64,000 nucleotides of DNA from Patescibacteria group bacterium (GTDB lineage: Bacteria > Patescibacteriota > Microgenomatia > UBA8517): contig JBGSJG010000008.1 of NCBI GenBank assembly GCA_041742135.1, positions 162,902 through 226,901 of the forward strand. The letters run 5' to 3'. The first letter of the stretch is position 1. The number at the start of each line of letters is the position of its first letter. A program made the translations under genes and the position numbers. The notes beneath the pieces are model-generated. The model had not been told where the DNA came from, did no database searches, and saw only the letters and a list, made by a program, of their open reading frames with translations. Of the stretch, positions 9,619 to 20,788 are shown one piece after another.

Positions 9619-10845
9619 ATGGAAATTCTTTTAAACACTATAACTGTACTATCTTGGATGTTACTATTTGGACTTGGAGCTAAAGTTTTTGTCTTTATAG
9701 TGCTGTCTGCAAAACATCATAAAATGTCTGCCCTCGGACGGAGACGGCTTGGAAAATACAGGCCGTTGGTTTCAATTTTAGTGCCGTCTTACAACGAAGA
9801 GCTCGTCTTGGAAAACTGCATTATAAGTCTTCTTAATCAAGATTATTCAAACACCGAGATAATAATAGTAGATGATGGGAGTAAGGACAAAACGAAGCAA
9901 ATTGGAAAAATGATAGCAAGGCTACACCACGGTAAGGTTAGGTTATATTCAAAGGTTAATGGTGGCAAAGCATCTGCTCTTAATTTTGGAATATCAAAGG
10001 CCAAAGGCGATATAGTTGTTAGTATGGATGCTGATTCCATGTTTTTGAGAAATGCGGTTAGGAATTTAGTCTTATCTTTCTATGACCCTAACGTTGTAGC
10101 AGTAGGCGGAAGCGTAAAAGTGGCAAATAGATCCAAATTTATTAACAAGCATCAGGCTGTTGAGTACATAACTGGTCTGAATCTGCAACGGCGCGCCTTC
10201 GCGTTTATGGGTTGTATGCAAGTAATTTCTGGTGCTATTGGAGCGTTTCGTAAGGATGTTATTGTTTCTATTGGTGGCTATTCTGAAGACACGATAGTAG
10301 AAGATATGGATGTTACTTTGTCGATGGCCATGACTGGTGGTGTGGTTGAGTACAATGGTAAGGCTATTGCTTACACGGAAGCCCCAGAGTCAATTAAGGA
10401 TTTCATTAAACAAAGATATAGGTGGACTTATGGCGGATTCCAGGTCCTTAAAAAACACAAGAATTTGATTTTCAATCGAAAGCATAATAGCCTTGGATTG
10501 GTTGGTATTCCTTACTTCATGATATTCCCGTGGATAGACGTGATGGTGAGTTCGCTGTTTGTGGTAGCAATCCTAAAGGTAATAGTCGGAGGAAATGTCC
10601 TTGAGTTAATGTTGTTTTATACATTTATGTGTTTAGTGCAAGGGTCTTTACTACTCTACTCGCTTGTGATGGACAAGGAGGACAAAAAATTGGTCTTTCT
10701 GGCAGGCATAGATAGTTTGTGGTATAACCATTTGATCAGCTTTATTACCGCTAAAGCTGCCTTCAATTTCCTTAGGGGTAGGGCTACGGGTTGGAACAAA
10801 CTTGTTAGATTGGGGAAGAATTACGCTCCATTATCCGCTTCGTAA
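9619..10845 (+). CDS. Processive family 2 glycosyltransferase (NodC/PgaC/IcaA-like polysaccharide synthase)
   Basis: N-terminal TM, SILVPSYNEE, DDGSKDKT, DADS, QRYRWTYGG (QxxRW) and C-terminal TM helices. Confidence 0.75.
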   Translation: MEILLNTITVLSWMLLFGLGAKVFVFIVLSAKHHKMSALGRRRLGKYRPLVSILVPSYNEELVLENCIISLLNQDYSNTEIIIVDDGSKDKTKQIGKMIARLHHGKVRLYSKVNGGKASALNFGISKAKGDIVVSMDADSMFLRNAVRNLVLSFYDPNVVAVGGSVKVANRSKFINKHQAVEYITGLNLQRRAFAFMGCMQVISGAIGAFRKDVIVSIGGYSEDTIVEDMDVTLSMAMTGGVVEYNGKAIAYTEAPESIKDFIKQRYRWTYGGFQVLKKHKNLIFNRKHNSLGLVGIPYFMIFPWIDVMVSSLFVVAILKVIVGGNVLELMLFYTFMCLVQGSLLLYSLVMDKEDKKLVFLAGIDSLWYNHLISFITAKAAFNFLRGRATGWNKLVRLGKNYAPLSAS

Positions 10846-10911
10846 GCCGAGTGACGGTTGAGTTTGGCACAAATTGAATCGGAGGATCGACAAACTCGCG
10901 AACAAAGTGAG

Positions 10912-10985
10912 CGGGGTTGACGAGACTCGAACTCGCGACCTTCCGCGTGACAGGCGGACGCTCTAACCAACTGAGCTACAACCCC
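10912..10985 (-). tRNA. tRNA-Asp (anticodon GUC)
   Basis: The reverse complement folds as GGGGTTG...CAACCCC+G73 with anticodon loop CTGTCAC. Confidence 0.8.
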
Positions 10986-11158
10986 GTGTCGAAACTGACT
11001 GCACTTATCGCAAAATGCTTGCGCTTTTGCTTATCGTTCCGTCGTTTCTCCTTTTCAAAATTGTTTATACAATTTTGGCAAAGACACGTAAACGAATTAT
11101 AGCAGAAATTAAGCTCAGTACAATTTCAGCTTCACAGTTTATAATAGAATAGATAGGA

Positions 11159-12937
11159 ATGAAAATAAGTAAGAACATGACTAATGGGGAAATTGCAGAA
11201 CTTCTGCGAGCTGTTGCGGCCTCTTACCAAATTGAAAATGAGGCTAAAAATAAGTTTAGAATCATCGCTTATAATCGCGCCGCGGATGCAATTGAGCACC
11301 TTGGAACCGAGGCCAAAGACATTTGGGACGAGGGGAATTTGGATGACGTTCCCGGAATTGGCGAAAGCTTGGCGAAACATCTGGAGGAAATTTTCAAAAC
11401 TGGCAAATCCAGCCATTTTGATAAAATTCTTCAAGGCATTCCAAAAGCTGCGCTTTCGCTTTTAGATCTTTCTGCAATCGGCCCAAAGCGGGCGTATAGA
11501 CTTGCGCGCGAGCTTAATTTACCAGAAACGGGAACGCTTGAAGCACTTAAAAAACATGCTCTGTCCGGAGACATTGCAGCATTGGACGGTTTTGGTGAGG
11601 AGATCCAAAGCGATATTGTAACGGCGATAGAAGAATTTAAGCTCAAGCCTCCAAGCCGAATGCTTTTGTCCGAGGCTGAGGAATACGCTCAAAGTCTTAT
11701 TGAGTGGATGCAAAAAATCCCTGAAGTACTGCAAATTGATACACTGGGAAGCTTACGAAGAAAAGCTCCCACAGTGGGGGACGTGGATTTGTCCGCCGCC
11801 ACGCGTGAGCCAGCAAAAGTTATTAGTCGATTTGTTGAATACCCAGAGAAGATTCGTGTGCTAAATCAAGGCGAAAAATCGGCTTCAATTCTTCTTCCGG
11901 GGAATGTTCGTGCTGACTTAAAAGTAGAATCACCCGAGACTTATGGTGCGCTTCTTCAGCATTTTACAGGCTCGAAACACCACAACGTTGCGCTTCGAGA
12001 ATTTGCGCTCAAAAAAGGTATGAGTTTGTCGGAGCATGGGATAAAAACTCAGGGTAAAACTCAAAAGATTGAATCAGAGGTCATGTTTTACAAAAAACTG
12101 GGAATGGCTTGGATTGCCCCTGAGCTGCGTGAAGGCAAAGATGAAATCCAAAAAGCGCTTGATGGTGAATTGCCTCAGTTAGTTGAACTAGCAGACATTA
12201 AGGGTGATTTACAGATTCACTCTGATTTTGATATCGAGACAAGCCATGATGTGGGAGCCTCGTCGATGGAGGAGATAGTTAAGCTCGCCGGCAGTCTTAA
12301 TTATGAATACATAGCTTTTACGGAGCACAACCCAAGCCAGAAAGGGCACAACCAAGCTCAGATAAAAGAGTTGCTTGAGAGAAAGAGGTATAAAGTTGAT
12401 CAACTTAACGACTCCGTGAAAGGTATGAAAACTAGCGTACAAAAAGTATTCAATAGTTTAGAGGTCGACATTTTGCCTGACGGAAGCTTGCCAGTTGATG
12501 AAGACGGGCTCATGAGCTTGGATTTTGCTTTGGTATCTATTCATTCTAGTTTTAAACAAGATCGCGGCAAAATGACCGAGCGAGTTTTGCGAGCACTCGA
12601 TCACCCAAAAGTTAAAATCTTCGCTCACCCCACAGCTAGGCTTTTGGAAAAAAGAGAAGGCATCGAGCTTGATTGGGATAAGATTTTTGATTTTTGCCTC
12701 AAGCACAATAAATGGATTGAAATTAATGCTGACCCCCACAGGCTTGACTTGCCTGACTTTTTAATCCGCGATGCAGTTCGCCTTGGCGTAAAGCTAACTT
12801 TGGGTACAGACTCGCATCACAAAGACGGCTTACTTAATATGAAGTATGGAGTTGCGATGGCGCGACGAGGCTGGGCTACCAAAAAAGACATTGTAAACAC
12901 TTTGCACTTGCATGAGTTTTTAGACATGTTAAAATAA
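11159..12937 (+). CDS. Family X DNA polymerase with C-terminal PHP phosphoesterase domain (PolX)
   Basis: N-terminal HhH / pol-beta-like region (IAYNRAADAIEH, DVPGIGESLAKHLEEI) and a C-terminal PHP domain with a His-rich block (FTEHNPS, HPTARL, DSHH). Confidence 0.8.
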   Translation: MKISKNMTNGEIAELLRAVAASYQIENEAKNKFRIIAYNRAADAIEHLGTEAKDIWDEGNLDDVPGIGESLAKHLEEIFKTGKSSHFDKILQGIPKAALSLLDLSAIGPKRAYRLARELNLPETGTLEALKKHALSGDIAALDGFGEEIQSDIVTAIEEFKLKPPSRMLLSEAEEYAQSLIEWMQKIPEVLQIDTLGSLRRKAPTVGDVDLSAATREPAKVISRFVEYPEKIRVLNQGEKSASILLPGNVRADLKVESPETYGALLQHFTGSKHHNVALREFALKKGMSLSEHGIKTQGKTQKIESEVMFYKKLGMAWIAPELREGKDEIQKALDGELPQLVELADIKGDLQIHSDFDIETSHDVGASSMEEIVKLAGSLNYEYIAFTEHNPSQKGHNQAQIKELLERKRYKVDQLNDSVKGMKTSVQKVFNSLEVDILPDGSLPVDEDGLMSLDFALVSIHSSFKQDRGKMTERVLRALDHPKVKIFAHPTARLLEKREGIELDWDKIFDFCLKHNKWIEINADPHRLDLPDFLIRDAVRLGVKLTLGTDSHHKDGLLNMKYGVAMARRGWATKKDIVNTLHLHEFLDMLK

Positions 12938-12940
12938 ATT

Positions 12941-13522
12941 ATGCCTTTTTTAATTCTTGTACCACTAGTTTTAGTAGTCGTTTGGGTAATTTCCCAATAT
13001 AACTTCTTCGTCTCGAGCAAAGCCAGAATTAAGGCTGCGGTGCAGGAGATTGGCAATCAACTTAAGCGTCAAGCCGACCTAATTCCGAATCTAGAAGCTT
13101 CTGTTAAAGGTTACATGAAGCAGGAGACAAAGGTCTTTACGATGTTAACCGATGCCAGAAAGCAAATCACCTCGGCAGTGGCGTCAGGCGATGTTCAAAA
13201 AATGTCTGATGCAGGATCTCAATTGGCTGCGGTTTTGCCAAAGCTTCAGATTGCAGTTGAAGATAATCCAGAAATTAAATCTGATACAGTTGTGGCTCGC
13301 CTTATGGATGAGCTTCGTGACACTTCAGACAAAGTAATGTATGCACGACGACTAGTAATTGACTTGACTGCGGACTACAACGTCAAGCGCGCCGTTTTCC
13401 CAACAAATTTGGTTGCTAATATGTTTAAATTCGAAGAGCAAAAAGGCCTTATCACTCCAGATTCCGGAGAGCACATGGAAGTCAGTGCCTCAGAAACTAG
13501 TTCTCCAAAAATTAATCTTTAA
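12941..13522 (+). CDS. LemA family protein
   Basis: N-terminal TM plus the conserved LemA region. Classic pairing with the downstream htpX. Confidence 0.85.
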   Translation: MPFLILVPLVLVVVWVISQYNFFVSSKARIKAAVQEIGNQLKRQADLIPNLEASVKGYMKQETKVFTMLTDARKQITSAVASGDVQKMSDAGSQLAAVLPKLQIAVEDNPEIKSDTVVARLMDELRDTSDKVMYARRLVIDLTADYNVKRAVFPTNLVANMFKFEEQKGLITPDSGEHMEVSASETSSPKINL

Positions 13523-13525
13523 GTA

Positions 13526-14446
13526 ATGCAGAACATCTACGAAGTAGCTGCCGCCAATAAGCGCAAAAGTTTTATTATCATGGGGCTTTTTGTCGTGTTT
13601 GTGACAGCTGCGGTCTATTTTCTTACTCAGGCTTTTTCTTTGTATTTTGGATACGAGGCAGGAGGATTGGGGTTTGTGGGTTTGGCTTTAATTATCTCGG
13701 GAATTTCCAGTATTGGTAGTTACTACTATAGCGATAAAATCGTCTTAGCAATAAGCCGCGCTCGCCCGGCAGACAAGAAACGAGATTATCATTTCTATAC
13801 GGTGACTGAAAATTTGGCGCTCGGTGCAGGACTACCTATGCCTAAACTCTACGTCATCGAAGACACCGCAATGAATGCTTTTGCAACGGGCAGGAATCCG
13901 GAGCACGCTGTAGTTGTTGCAACAACCGGACTTTTGTCTTACTTAAGTAGAACCGAGCTTGAAGGTGTAATCGCTCACGAGCTAACACACATTAAAAATT
14001 ACGACATACTTTTAATGTCGATTGTCACGGTGCTTGTTGGAATGATTGCGCTTTTGGCAGATATGTTTCTTCGGATGAGTTATTTTGGTGGAAGTAGCCG
14101 AAAAAAAGAAGGAGGGGGAGCACTTGTTCTCATCGGTTTTGTCTTCGCTCTTTTATCGCCATTTATTGGCCAGCTAATTAAGCTTGCAATTTCCCGGCGC
14201 CGTGAGTTTGTAGCCGATGCTGGCGCGGTAGCTATTACTCGTCAGCCTGCAGGGCTTATCTCTGCGCTAGATAAAATTGCCCATGATCACGAGCCTTTGG
14301 AAGCGGCAAATAAAGCCACTGCCCATCTTTATATTGAGAATCCATTTAAAAATAAGATAGGTGATGCCAGAGGCAACTTTGCCAGTCTTTTTAACACGCA
14401 TCCTCCAGTTGAAGAACGAATAAAAGCTCTTCAAAAAATGGCTTAA
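13526..14446 (+). CDS. htpX: Zinc metalloprotease HtpX (M48)
   Basis: HELTHIKNYD (HExxH), four TM segments and the EFVADAGA region. Confidence 0.85.
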   Translation: MQNIYEVAAANKRKSFIIMGLFVVFVTAAVYFLTQAFSLYFGYEAGGLGFVGLALIISGISSIGSYYYSDKIVLAISRARPADKKRDYHFYTVTENLALGAGLPMPKLYVIEDTAMNAFATGRNPEHAVVVATTGLLSYLSRTELEGVIAHELTHIKNYDILLMSIVTVLVGMIALLADMFLRMSYFGGSSRKKEGGGALVLIGFVFALLSPFIGQLIKLAISRRREFVADAGAVAITRQPAGLISALDKIAHDHEPLEAANKATAHLYIENPFKNKIGDARGNFASLFNTHPPVEERIKALQKMA

Positions 14447-14470
14447 ATAGTCTAAAAACCTCTTGTTTGA

Positions 14471-14800
14471 GTGAGCTTTGGGAAGTATCATATTGAAGTA
14501 ATGCTAAGTAACACCGACATCTTGCACTTGGCCGCACTTGCGAACCTCGACCTAACTTCCGCCGAAATTGAAAAACTAAAAGGCGACCTTTCAATTGTAA
14601 TTGAGCATTTTGCAGATCTTAAAAATTTAAACACAGATAATCTTATGCCAACCAGCCAGACAACTGGTTTAATTAACGTTACACGTCAAGATGAAGTAAA
14701 CCCTGATTCTATTTTGCCTGTCAGTTCGGCAACCAGTGGCACAGATACACACAACGATTATTTTGTAGTCTCTGCACTACTGGATAAGGACGCAATTTAA
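14471..14800 (+). CDS. gatC: Glu/Asp-tRNA amidotransferase subunit C
   Basis: DILHLAALANLDLTSAEIEKLKGDL...IEHF matches GatC. The true start may be the ATG at 14501. Confidence 0.75.
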   Translation: MSFGKYHIEVMLSNTDILHLAALANLDLTSAEIEKLKGDLSIVIEHFADLKNLNTDNLMPTSQTTGLINVTRQDEVNPDSILPVSSATSGTDTHNDYFVVSALLDKDAI

Positions 14801-14801
14801 A

Positions 14802-16199
14802 ATGGATATACCACTTACGATAGACGAGCTTCACAAAGGCTTTAAAAATAAAACTCATTCGATTTCTGGGGTTATTGAGCAATATTTATCTCGGATCGAA
14901 GCGTTTGATAAAAATCTTAACGCTTTTGTCACCGTTACTCACGATTACGCTCGCGAGCGTGCAAAAAAATTAGAAACAATATTGGCAGATAACCCAAATG
15001 CATTTGAGGAATTTCCACTTTTGGGAGTTACTATGGCAGTCAAAGATATGTACTTAACGCGCGGAGTAAGGACCACAGCGGGTTCAAAAGTGCTTGAGAG
15101 CTTTATTCCTGAGTATTCTTCAACTGCCTTTGAAAGGCTTGAGGCAGCTGGGGCGATTTTGGTTGGCAAAGCCAACTGTGATGCATGGGCGCATGGAAGT
15201 AGTGGTGAAAATAGCGATTTTGGTGCCACACACAATCCCTGGAATTTGGATTATGTACCGGGTGGGAGCTCGAGCGGATCGGCGGTAGCAGTAAGCTCTG
15301 GGATGAGCATGTTTTCGATGGGCACCGATACTGGCGGTTCAATTCGGCTTCCTGCTAGCTTTTGTAACGTCGTTGGCCTAAAGCCTACTTACGGCGCAGT
15401 CTCGCGCTACGGCGTAATAGCCATGGCCAGCTCGCTTGACTCGATGGGGCATTTTACGCGTAGCGTCAAAGACTCTGAAAAGATCTTCAAAGTTACAAGA
15501 GGGACTGATGGCCACGATGGAACACTTCGAAATGCTGACTATGCTCATAAAAATGTGAAAAAGATTGGTCTTCCGCGCGAGTACTTTTCAGACGGGTTGA
15601 GCGAAGAAGTCCGGGAGAAAACAATGGCTGCTGTCGATGTTTACAAAAAGGCTGGTTATGAAATTGTCGATGTGAGCATCCCGTCAACAAAGTATGCGAT
15701 ATCAATTTATTACATAGTCATGCCTGCGGAAGTAAGTTCAAATCTTGGCCGCTATGATGGGATCCGATACGGCAATAAACGTGATTCTTTCGGCGCCGAG
15801 GCCAAAAGAAGAATAATGCTCGGTACACACGTACTATCCAGTGGCTACTACGATGCTTATTACAATAAAGCAATGAAAGCCAGAACATTACTTAGAAATG
15901 ATTTTGACAAAGTATTTACGGAAGTAGACGCGTTAATTGCTCCAGCATCGCCCACGCTTCCATTCAAATTAGGTGAAAAAATGGATAACCCACTTGAGAT
16001 GTACTTAGCTGATATATTCACAGTATCTGCCAACTTAGTTGGAATCCCGGGAATTTCAATCCCCGCGGGCTTCAGTGATAGTGGGCTTCCGATCGGTTTT
16101 CAGTTATTTGCACCTCGCTTTATGGAATCAAGTCTTTTTGAGCTGGGAAATTCTTATCAAAGCATGACCGATTTTCATCTCAAAACACCGAGTTTATGA
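14802..16199 (+). CDS. gatA: Glu/Asp-tRNA amidotransferase subunit A (amidase)
   Basis: Amidase signature GGSSSGSAVAVSSG with the Ser-cisSer-Lys context. Confidence 0.9.
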   Translation: MDIPLTIDELHKGFKNKTHSISGVIEQYLSRIEAFDKNLNAFVTVTHDYARERAKKLETILADNPNAFEEFPLLGVTMAVKDMYLTRGVRTTAGSKVLESFIPEYSSTAFERLEAAGAILVGKANCDAWAHGSSGENSDFGATHNPWNLDYVPGGSSSGSAVAVSSGMSMFSMGTDTGGSIRLPASFCNVVGLKPTYGAVSRYGVIAMASSLDSMGHFTRSVKDSEKIFKVTRGTDGHDGTLRNADYAHKNVKKIGLPREYFSDGLSEEVREKTMAAVDVYKKAGYEIVDVSIPSTKYAISIYYIVMPAEVSSNLGRYDGIRYGNKRDSFGAEAKRRIMLGTHVLSSGYYDAYYNKAMKARTLLRNDFDKVFTEVDALIAPASPTLPFKLGEKMDNPLEMYLADIFTVSANLVGIPGISIPAGFSDSGLPIGFQLFAPRFMESSLFELGNSYQSMTDFHLKTPSL

Positions 16200-17473
16200 A
16201 GGAAATAAGAAGTTTATTATCAAATCGTAATTTTGTGCATCTGTGGGCATCACAGATCATTTCGCAAATTGTCGTGAACACTTTGAGCTTTTTGCTTTTG
16301 GTTTATCTTTTTGAAAAAACTGGCTCAACCATTGCAACGTCGTTAATCTGGGTGGCATACGCTTTGCCGGCCGTAGTATTTGGCCCCATTGCTGGGGTCT
16401 CTGCTGATGTGGCCAATAAGCGCAAAGTTTTAGTTGTTACGTTGATGGCAGAGGCGGCGATAGTTTTTGTGTTCGCGTTTTTATATTCTCGTTATCTATT
16501 TTTGGCTTATGGAATCGTGTTTTTCTACTCAATGGCAAATCATTTTTATATTCCTGCCGAAGCAGCCTCTCTTCCGATTCTTGTCAAAAAGAAAAGCTTG
16601 GCATTCGCAAACAGTTTGTTTTTCATGACCACTCAACTGGGTTTGGCTGTTGGCTTTTTGTCTGCGGGAGTTTTATATGAGAGCTTCGGCCTTCGCTCGA
16701 GTCTTCTGATTAGCTCAATACTCTTGCTTCTTGCGGGCACGTCTGTAAGTTTTTTGCCAAAGCTTAAGTCCACCACCAAGTTGCCAAAAGGCTTTTCTGC
16801 AGGTGTCAGCAAATTCTTTGAAGAATTCTTGGAAGGCTACAGATTTATTAAAGATACTAAGAAAATTTTTCTTCCGTTTTTACTTTTGATCGGACTTCAG
16901 TCCGCACTTTCTGTTCTCATGATCACTGTGCCTGTTTTGGCCCGAGATATTGTTCATGTACGCCCAAGTCTTGCTGGCGTAACAATTATTGCGCCTGCAA
17001 TTATCGGAGCAGTTTTGTGCAGCATATTGATCTCAAAGGCCATTGCCAGAGGGTTTTTGCAAAAGCGGATTATTGAAATTTCTTTGTTTTCACTTTCTCT
17101 AGCTCTTGTGCTTTTGGGAGCTATTGTTCCGAGCTTGCATTTTTGGGCGGGGCGCACCGCCGCAGTTGTGATATTTTTTATAGCTGGAGCGGCTTACGTA
17201 GGAACGCTTATTCCGACACTAACACACTTGCAAATATCAACCCCAGAAGATAAATTAGGGCGTGTTTTTGGAAGTATTTGGTTTATTACCACAGCAGCCA
17301 CGGTTATTCCTGTTTTGTTCTCAGCAACCATCACAGAAGTTTTTGGAGTAGGTTTAACAACGACAATATTGGGACTTTTCGGCTTTAGCATGTTCTTTGT
17401 TTCTGAGTTTGCCGAGCCTGGGGCATTGCAATATCGATTTCAGCAAATTTTCAAAAGGAGGAAAAATGACTAG
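16196..17473 (+). CDS. MFS transporter
   Basis: 12-TM architecture. Its start overlaps the gatA stop (ATGA) and its end overlaps gatB. Confidence 0.65.
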   Translation: MKEIRSLLSNRNFVHLWASQIISQIVVNTLSFLLLVYLFEKTGSTIATSLIWVAYALPAVVFGPIAGVSADVANKRKVLVVTLMAEAAIVFVFAFLYSRYLFLAYGIVFFYSMANHFYIPAEAASLPILVKKKSLAFANSLFFMTTQLGLAVGFLSAGVLYESFGLRSSLLISSILLLLAGTSVSFLPKLKSTTKLPKGFSAGVSKFFEEFLEGYRFIKDTKKIFLPFLLLIGLQSALSVLMITVPVLARDIVHVRPSLAGVTIIAPAIIGAVLCSILISKAIARGFLQKRIIEISLFSLSLALVLLGAIVPSLHFWAGRTAAVVIFFIAGAAYVGTLIPTLTHLQISTPEDKLGRVFGSIWFITTAATVIPVLFSATITEVFGVGLTTTILGLFGFSMFFVSEFAEPGALQYRFQQIFKRRKND

Positions 17474-18785
17474 CTATAAACCTGTAATCGGCTTAGAAGT
17501 TCACGTAGAGCTTTCTACAAATTCTAAAATGTTTTGTGGTTGTCCGGCTGATCATTTTGGAAAAAAACCTAATACGCAGGTTTGCCCTGTTTGTTTGGGT
17601 TTGCCAGGAGCTCTTCCTTTTACTAATCATAAAGCGATTGAAAGCTGTATCAAATTTGGTTTAGCACTGGGGAGCCGGATCGCCAGTTTTTCAAAATTTG
17701 ACCGCAAGCACTATTTTTACCCTGATTTGCCAAAGGCGTATCAGATTAGCCAGTACGATCTGCCGCTTTGTGAAGGTGGCTCGTGGACTTCTAGCGCCGG
17801 CAAATTGGTAAGAATTCGCAGGATTCACCAGGAGGAAGATACGGGAAAGCTGGTACATGCTGAGATAGATGGCAAAAAGGTTAGTTTGGTTGATTTTAAT
17901 CGTAGTGGAGTTCCTCTTGTTGAGCTAGTCACTGAGCCTGATTTTGATTCAGTCGAGCTGGCTGACGAGTTTTTAAGAGAAATTCAAATGCTTGTTCGGT
18001 ATCTTGGAATTTCAGGAGCGGACATGGAAAAGGGCTCTATGCGCCTCGAGGCCAATATCTCAGTTAGACCGGAAGGTGCGACTGAGTTGCCAGATTATAA
18101 AGTTGAGCTTAAAAACATTAATTCTTTTAGATTTTTACAAAAAGCAGTTGCGGCAGAAATCGCTCGCCAGTCTGAGATTTTGGAAAAAGGGGAGAAGGTT
18201 AAACAGGAAACCCGGGGCTACGACGAAGAGCGCGATCGCACTTTTTCTCAGCGTAGCAAAGAGGAAGCAAAAGACTATCGCTATTTTCCTGAGCCTGACA
18301 TTCCGCCGCTTGAGCTGGCAGAAACGCAAATTAAGCAAATTCGAAGTTCCTTGCCAGAGCTTCCCGGGGCAAAGCGAACGCGGCTCATGCAAATACTACC
18401 CGCAAATTATGTGGATGTGTTGATTGCCGATCCTGGGCGCTGTGAATACTTCGATAAAGCGGCTAGTCTGGCCAGTCAGCACAATATTTCTCCTAAAGAA
18501 ATAGCTGGAGTGATGGTGAACCAAAATCTTGATCGCGAATTCCCCGAGCCCGTTGGCTTAATTAAGAAACTCTTGGAGCTTCAAAATGTGGATTATGCAT
18601 CAGCTTCTGAAATTGAGTTGGCTATTCGTAAAGTGGTGGCTGAAAACCAAAAAGCAGTCACTGATTATAAATCTGGAAAAACTCAAGTTTTGGGCTTTTT
18701 GGTCGGTCAAGTACAAAAAGAGCTGAAAGGCAGGGGAGAAACAAAATTTGTGGTATCTCAGTTGATGCAGGAGCTTCAGCATTAA
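17466..18785 (+). CDS. gatB: Glu/Asp-tRNA amidotransferase subunit B
   Basis: [25 protein letters not shown]-terminus. The start is taken at the ATG at 17466, because the ORF-track extension overlaps the MFS gene. Confidence 0.85.
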   Translation: MTSYKPVIGLEVHVELSTNSKMFCGCPADHFGKKPNTQVCPVCLGLPGALPFTNHKAIESCIKFGLALGSRIASFSKFDRKHYFYPDLPKAYQISQYDLPLCEGGSWTSSAGKLVRIRRIHQEEDTGKLVHAEIDGKKVSLVDFNRSGVPLVELVTEPDFDSVELADEFLREIQMLVRYLGISGADMEKGSMRLEANISVRPEGATELPDYKVELKNINSFRFLQKAVAAEIARQSEILEKGEKVKQETRGYDEERDRTFSQRSKEEAKDYRYFPEPDIPPLELAETQIKQIRSSLPELPGAKRTRLMQILPANYVDVLIADPGRCEYFDKAASLASQHNISPKEIAGVMVNQNLDREFPEPVGLIKKLLELQNVDYASASEIELAIRKVVAENQKAVTDYKSGKTQVLGFLVGQVQKELKGRGETKFVVSQLMQELQH

Positions 18786-20707
18786 CTCTTTGCATTCAGC
18801 CAAGCAATTACATGTTTCCAGCCAGGAAGAGCAAAATCTCGACTAAACTCGTTGTATCTTTCTTCTAAAAATATATTTAAATCAGTTTTGTCTTCGAGTA
18901 TGTGAGCGTAAACTGCCAAACAAGAGTTAAGATTTTCGTCTAGAAATTGTACATATTCCTCTGGGCTTGCAAAATCTTCTGGGTTTTGTAAGCCAATGTT
19001 AGTTATCCAAGGAGAGAATACAATTGCTCGTGAGACGTAGGTTTCCCAGCACGTATCAGTAGAATCTCCTAAAAAAGGTCGTATCTTTTCTTTATATTCA
19101 TCGGCAGAACGGTTAAGCTCGTCAACACTTGTGGTCCCGGTGTGTGGTAGGAGTTGCGGTATAGTCCAGTCGAGGCTGCCGATATCTAGCCCTGCTCCCG
19201 CAAGCCTTACAACCCAAGCTCCGTATGGTTCCACTGTTCCGTCATTAAAATCTTGAGCAGAGACCTCTCCTCCGGACATCCATTCTTGGTAGTGGCCATC
19301 CAAGTTGTTTAAAATATTTGCAACTTGCTCGCTAGTAGCTATACCCGTGTTTGCGTCTTCTTCTTGGTTTAGCCGCAATCTCCATCCACCAGACACGTTA
19401 ACTGCTGGGTTTACAAGAAAGTGTATTAGTTGATCAAAGCCATAGCCACTTAACCTAGTAAGAGTTGCGATTTCAGATTCGTTTAGTGCTCCTGACAGAT
19501 CTCGCGATTTGGTTTCATGCAAAACTGCCAACAATACTGAGCCTGCGGGCGCAATGGCGTTCAAGTGTGAGAAAGTTTGCCTAGATTGATCTGCGGACAT
19601 AGTCATAAGTTCTTCGATGTGCTCTTCTGACCCTTCGTAGGAGATACCAAGTTTGCGAGCTAGATTAGCAAGAGATTCCAACTCGGTTTTTGATATAACG
19701 GACTCTTGTTCTCTCATGACAGTAGAGCTGGCAAGAAATGAATTGGTTGCAATATCATCTCCAATTGACGCGATTTCTCCCGCAGATTCTATCGTACGAC
19801 TAAAAAGCTTAAACGTTTCTTTTAAAGGCGCGTTTTCGACAAGGTCTGTGAAATTTCCAGATCCATCAAACAACTCTAGCCAGTTTACTTGGGGATAATG
19901 TTTAAGCTCATGAAAAAAAACTTTTAAGAAATCACGATCAGTTTGAACTTCCACAGCCCTCTCTTGACGATGTGCGACGCCAGCATAAGACCCAACTGTC
20001 TCAGTTATATCAGCTGTCAACCGGACTTCCCGTAGGCCTGAGGCAATTACAGGGTATTTACCAACCAGGATATCCTCTTTTAAGACATTTGCTGTCTCAG
20101 TCCAAGAGTCGTTCCATTCTGGGTCGCTCGTCAAACGACTACTTGCTTCACCTAACGACACAGAGATTCCAATTGTCCCTCGAGCTTGTTCTCTTAGGTT
20201 TTCCAGGTGATTTGGATCAGGATAAAACCTATCATTTTCAAGTTTTTTAAGGACTTTAACAATCCTTTCGTGATCTTGACCTTCAATTGGCGTTTGTACT
20301 CGCCCGTCGAGCCTGTCCTCGATTAACGAGGACAAGTAAGCAATCTCGCGAAATATTGGAACGCGTAGTGTATGTTCTTGGTGAAAACCTTGCCGAATTT
20401 CTTTTAGTGCGTTAGCCGTGAGTTCTTTGATTTCGTTGAAATCAGCGATTGCGCTCTCTGTATGCCCTGGCTCTTCAAATATGTCTACAAACTCATCAGG
20501 CAAGCGGCTTATTGGCTTTTTTATAGTTTCAAAATCCTTATATATTTTCGTTCCCGGCTCCAAATCGTTTCCGTAGTCAGTTCTTACTTGAATTCTGTCC
20601 CATCCTGGGGAAGTATGATTTGGAAATTCTTCTGCTATGACTCCTTCGCTTTGTCTAAGACCCGGAATACGGCCTAAGACTAGGAGTGCCGCAGTATTTT
20701 TCCCCAT
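18782..20707 (-). CDS. Large hypothetical cytosolic protein (641 aa), no recognisable family
   Basis: Long uninterrupted ORF on the strand opposite to both neighbours. Acidic, with no TM or signal peptide. Contains an HELKH motif that may be chance. Confidence 0.55.
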   Translation of the reverse strand: MGKNTAALLVLGRIPGLRQSEGVIAEEFPNHTSPGWDRIQVRTDYGNDLEPGTKIYKDFETIKKPISRLPDEFVDIFEEPGHTESAIADFNEIKELTANALKEIRQGFHQEHTLRVPIFREIAYLSSLIEDRLDGRVQTPIEGQDHERIVKVLKKLENDRFYPDPNHLENLREQARGTIGISVSLGEASSRLTSDPEWNDSWTETANVLKEDILVGKYPVIASGLREVRLTADITETVGSYAGVAHRQERAVEVQTDRDFLKVFFHELKHYPQVNWLELFDGSGNFTDLVENAPLKETFKLFSRTIESAGEIASIGDDIATNSFLASSTVMREQESVISKTELESLANLARKLGISYEGSEEHIEELMTMSADQSRQTFSHLNAIAPAGSVLLAVLHETKSRDLSGALNESEIATLTRLSGYGFDQLIHFLVNPAVNVSGGWRLRLNQEEDANTGIATSEQVANILNNLDGHYQEWMSGGEVSAQDFNDGTVEPYGAWVVRLAGAGLDIGSLDWTIPQLLPHTGTTSVDELNRSADEYKEKIRPFLGDSTDTCWETYVSRAIVFSPWITNIGLQNPEDFASPEEYVQFLDENLNSCLAVYAHILEDKTDLNIFLEERYNEFSRDFALPGWKHVIAWLNAKS

Positions 20708-20788
20708 TCTTAGAAAGTCTCTTCGAGAAATTCTATTAGTTTGTGGGCTTTCTAGGTCGTCTGCCGTTAAGATATAATATCACTGACA

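Noticed and set aside
10917-11102. 61-aa ORF overlapping tRNA-Asp
   Set aside because: It overlaps the tRNA-Asp gene on the opposite strand and has no coding features.
18782-20707. HELKH in the 641-aa protein as a zincin active site
   Set aside because: A single HExxH in 641 residues has a substantial chance expectation. No supporting zincin context was seen, so I mention it only.
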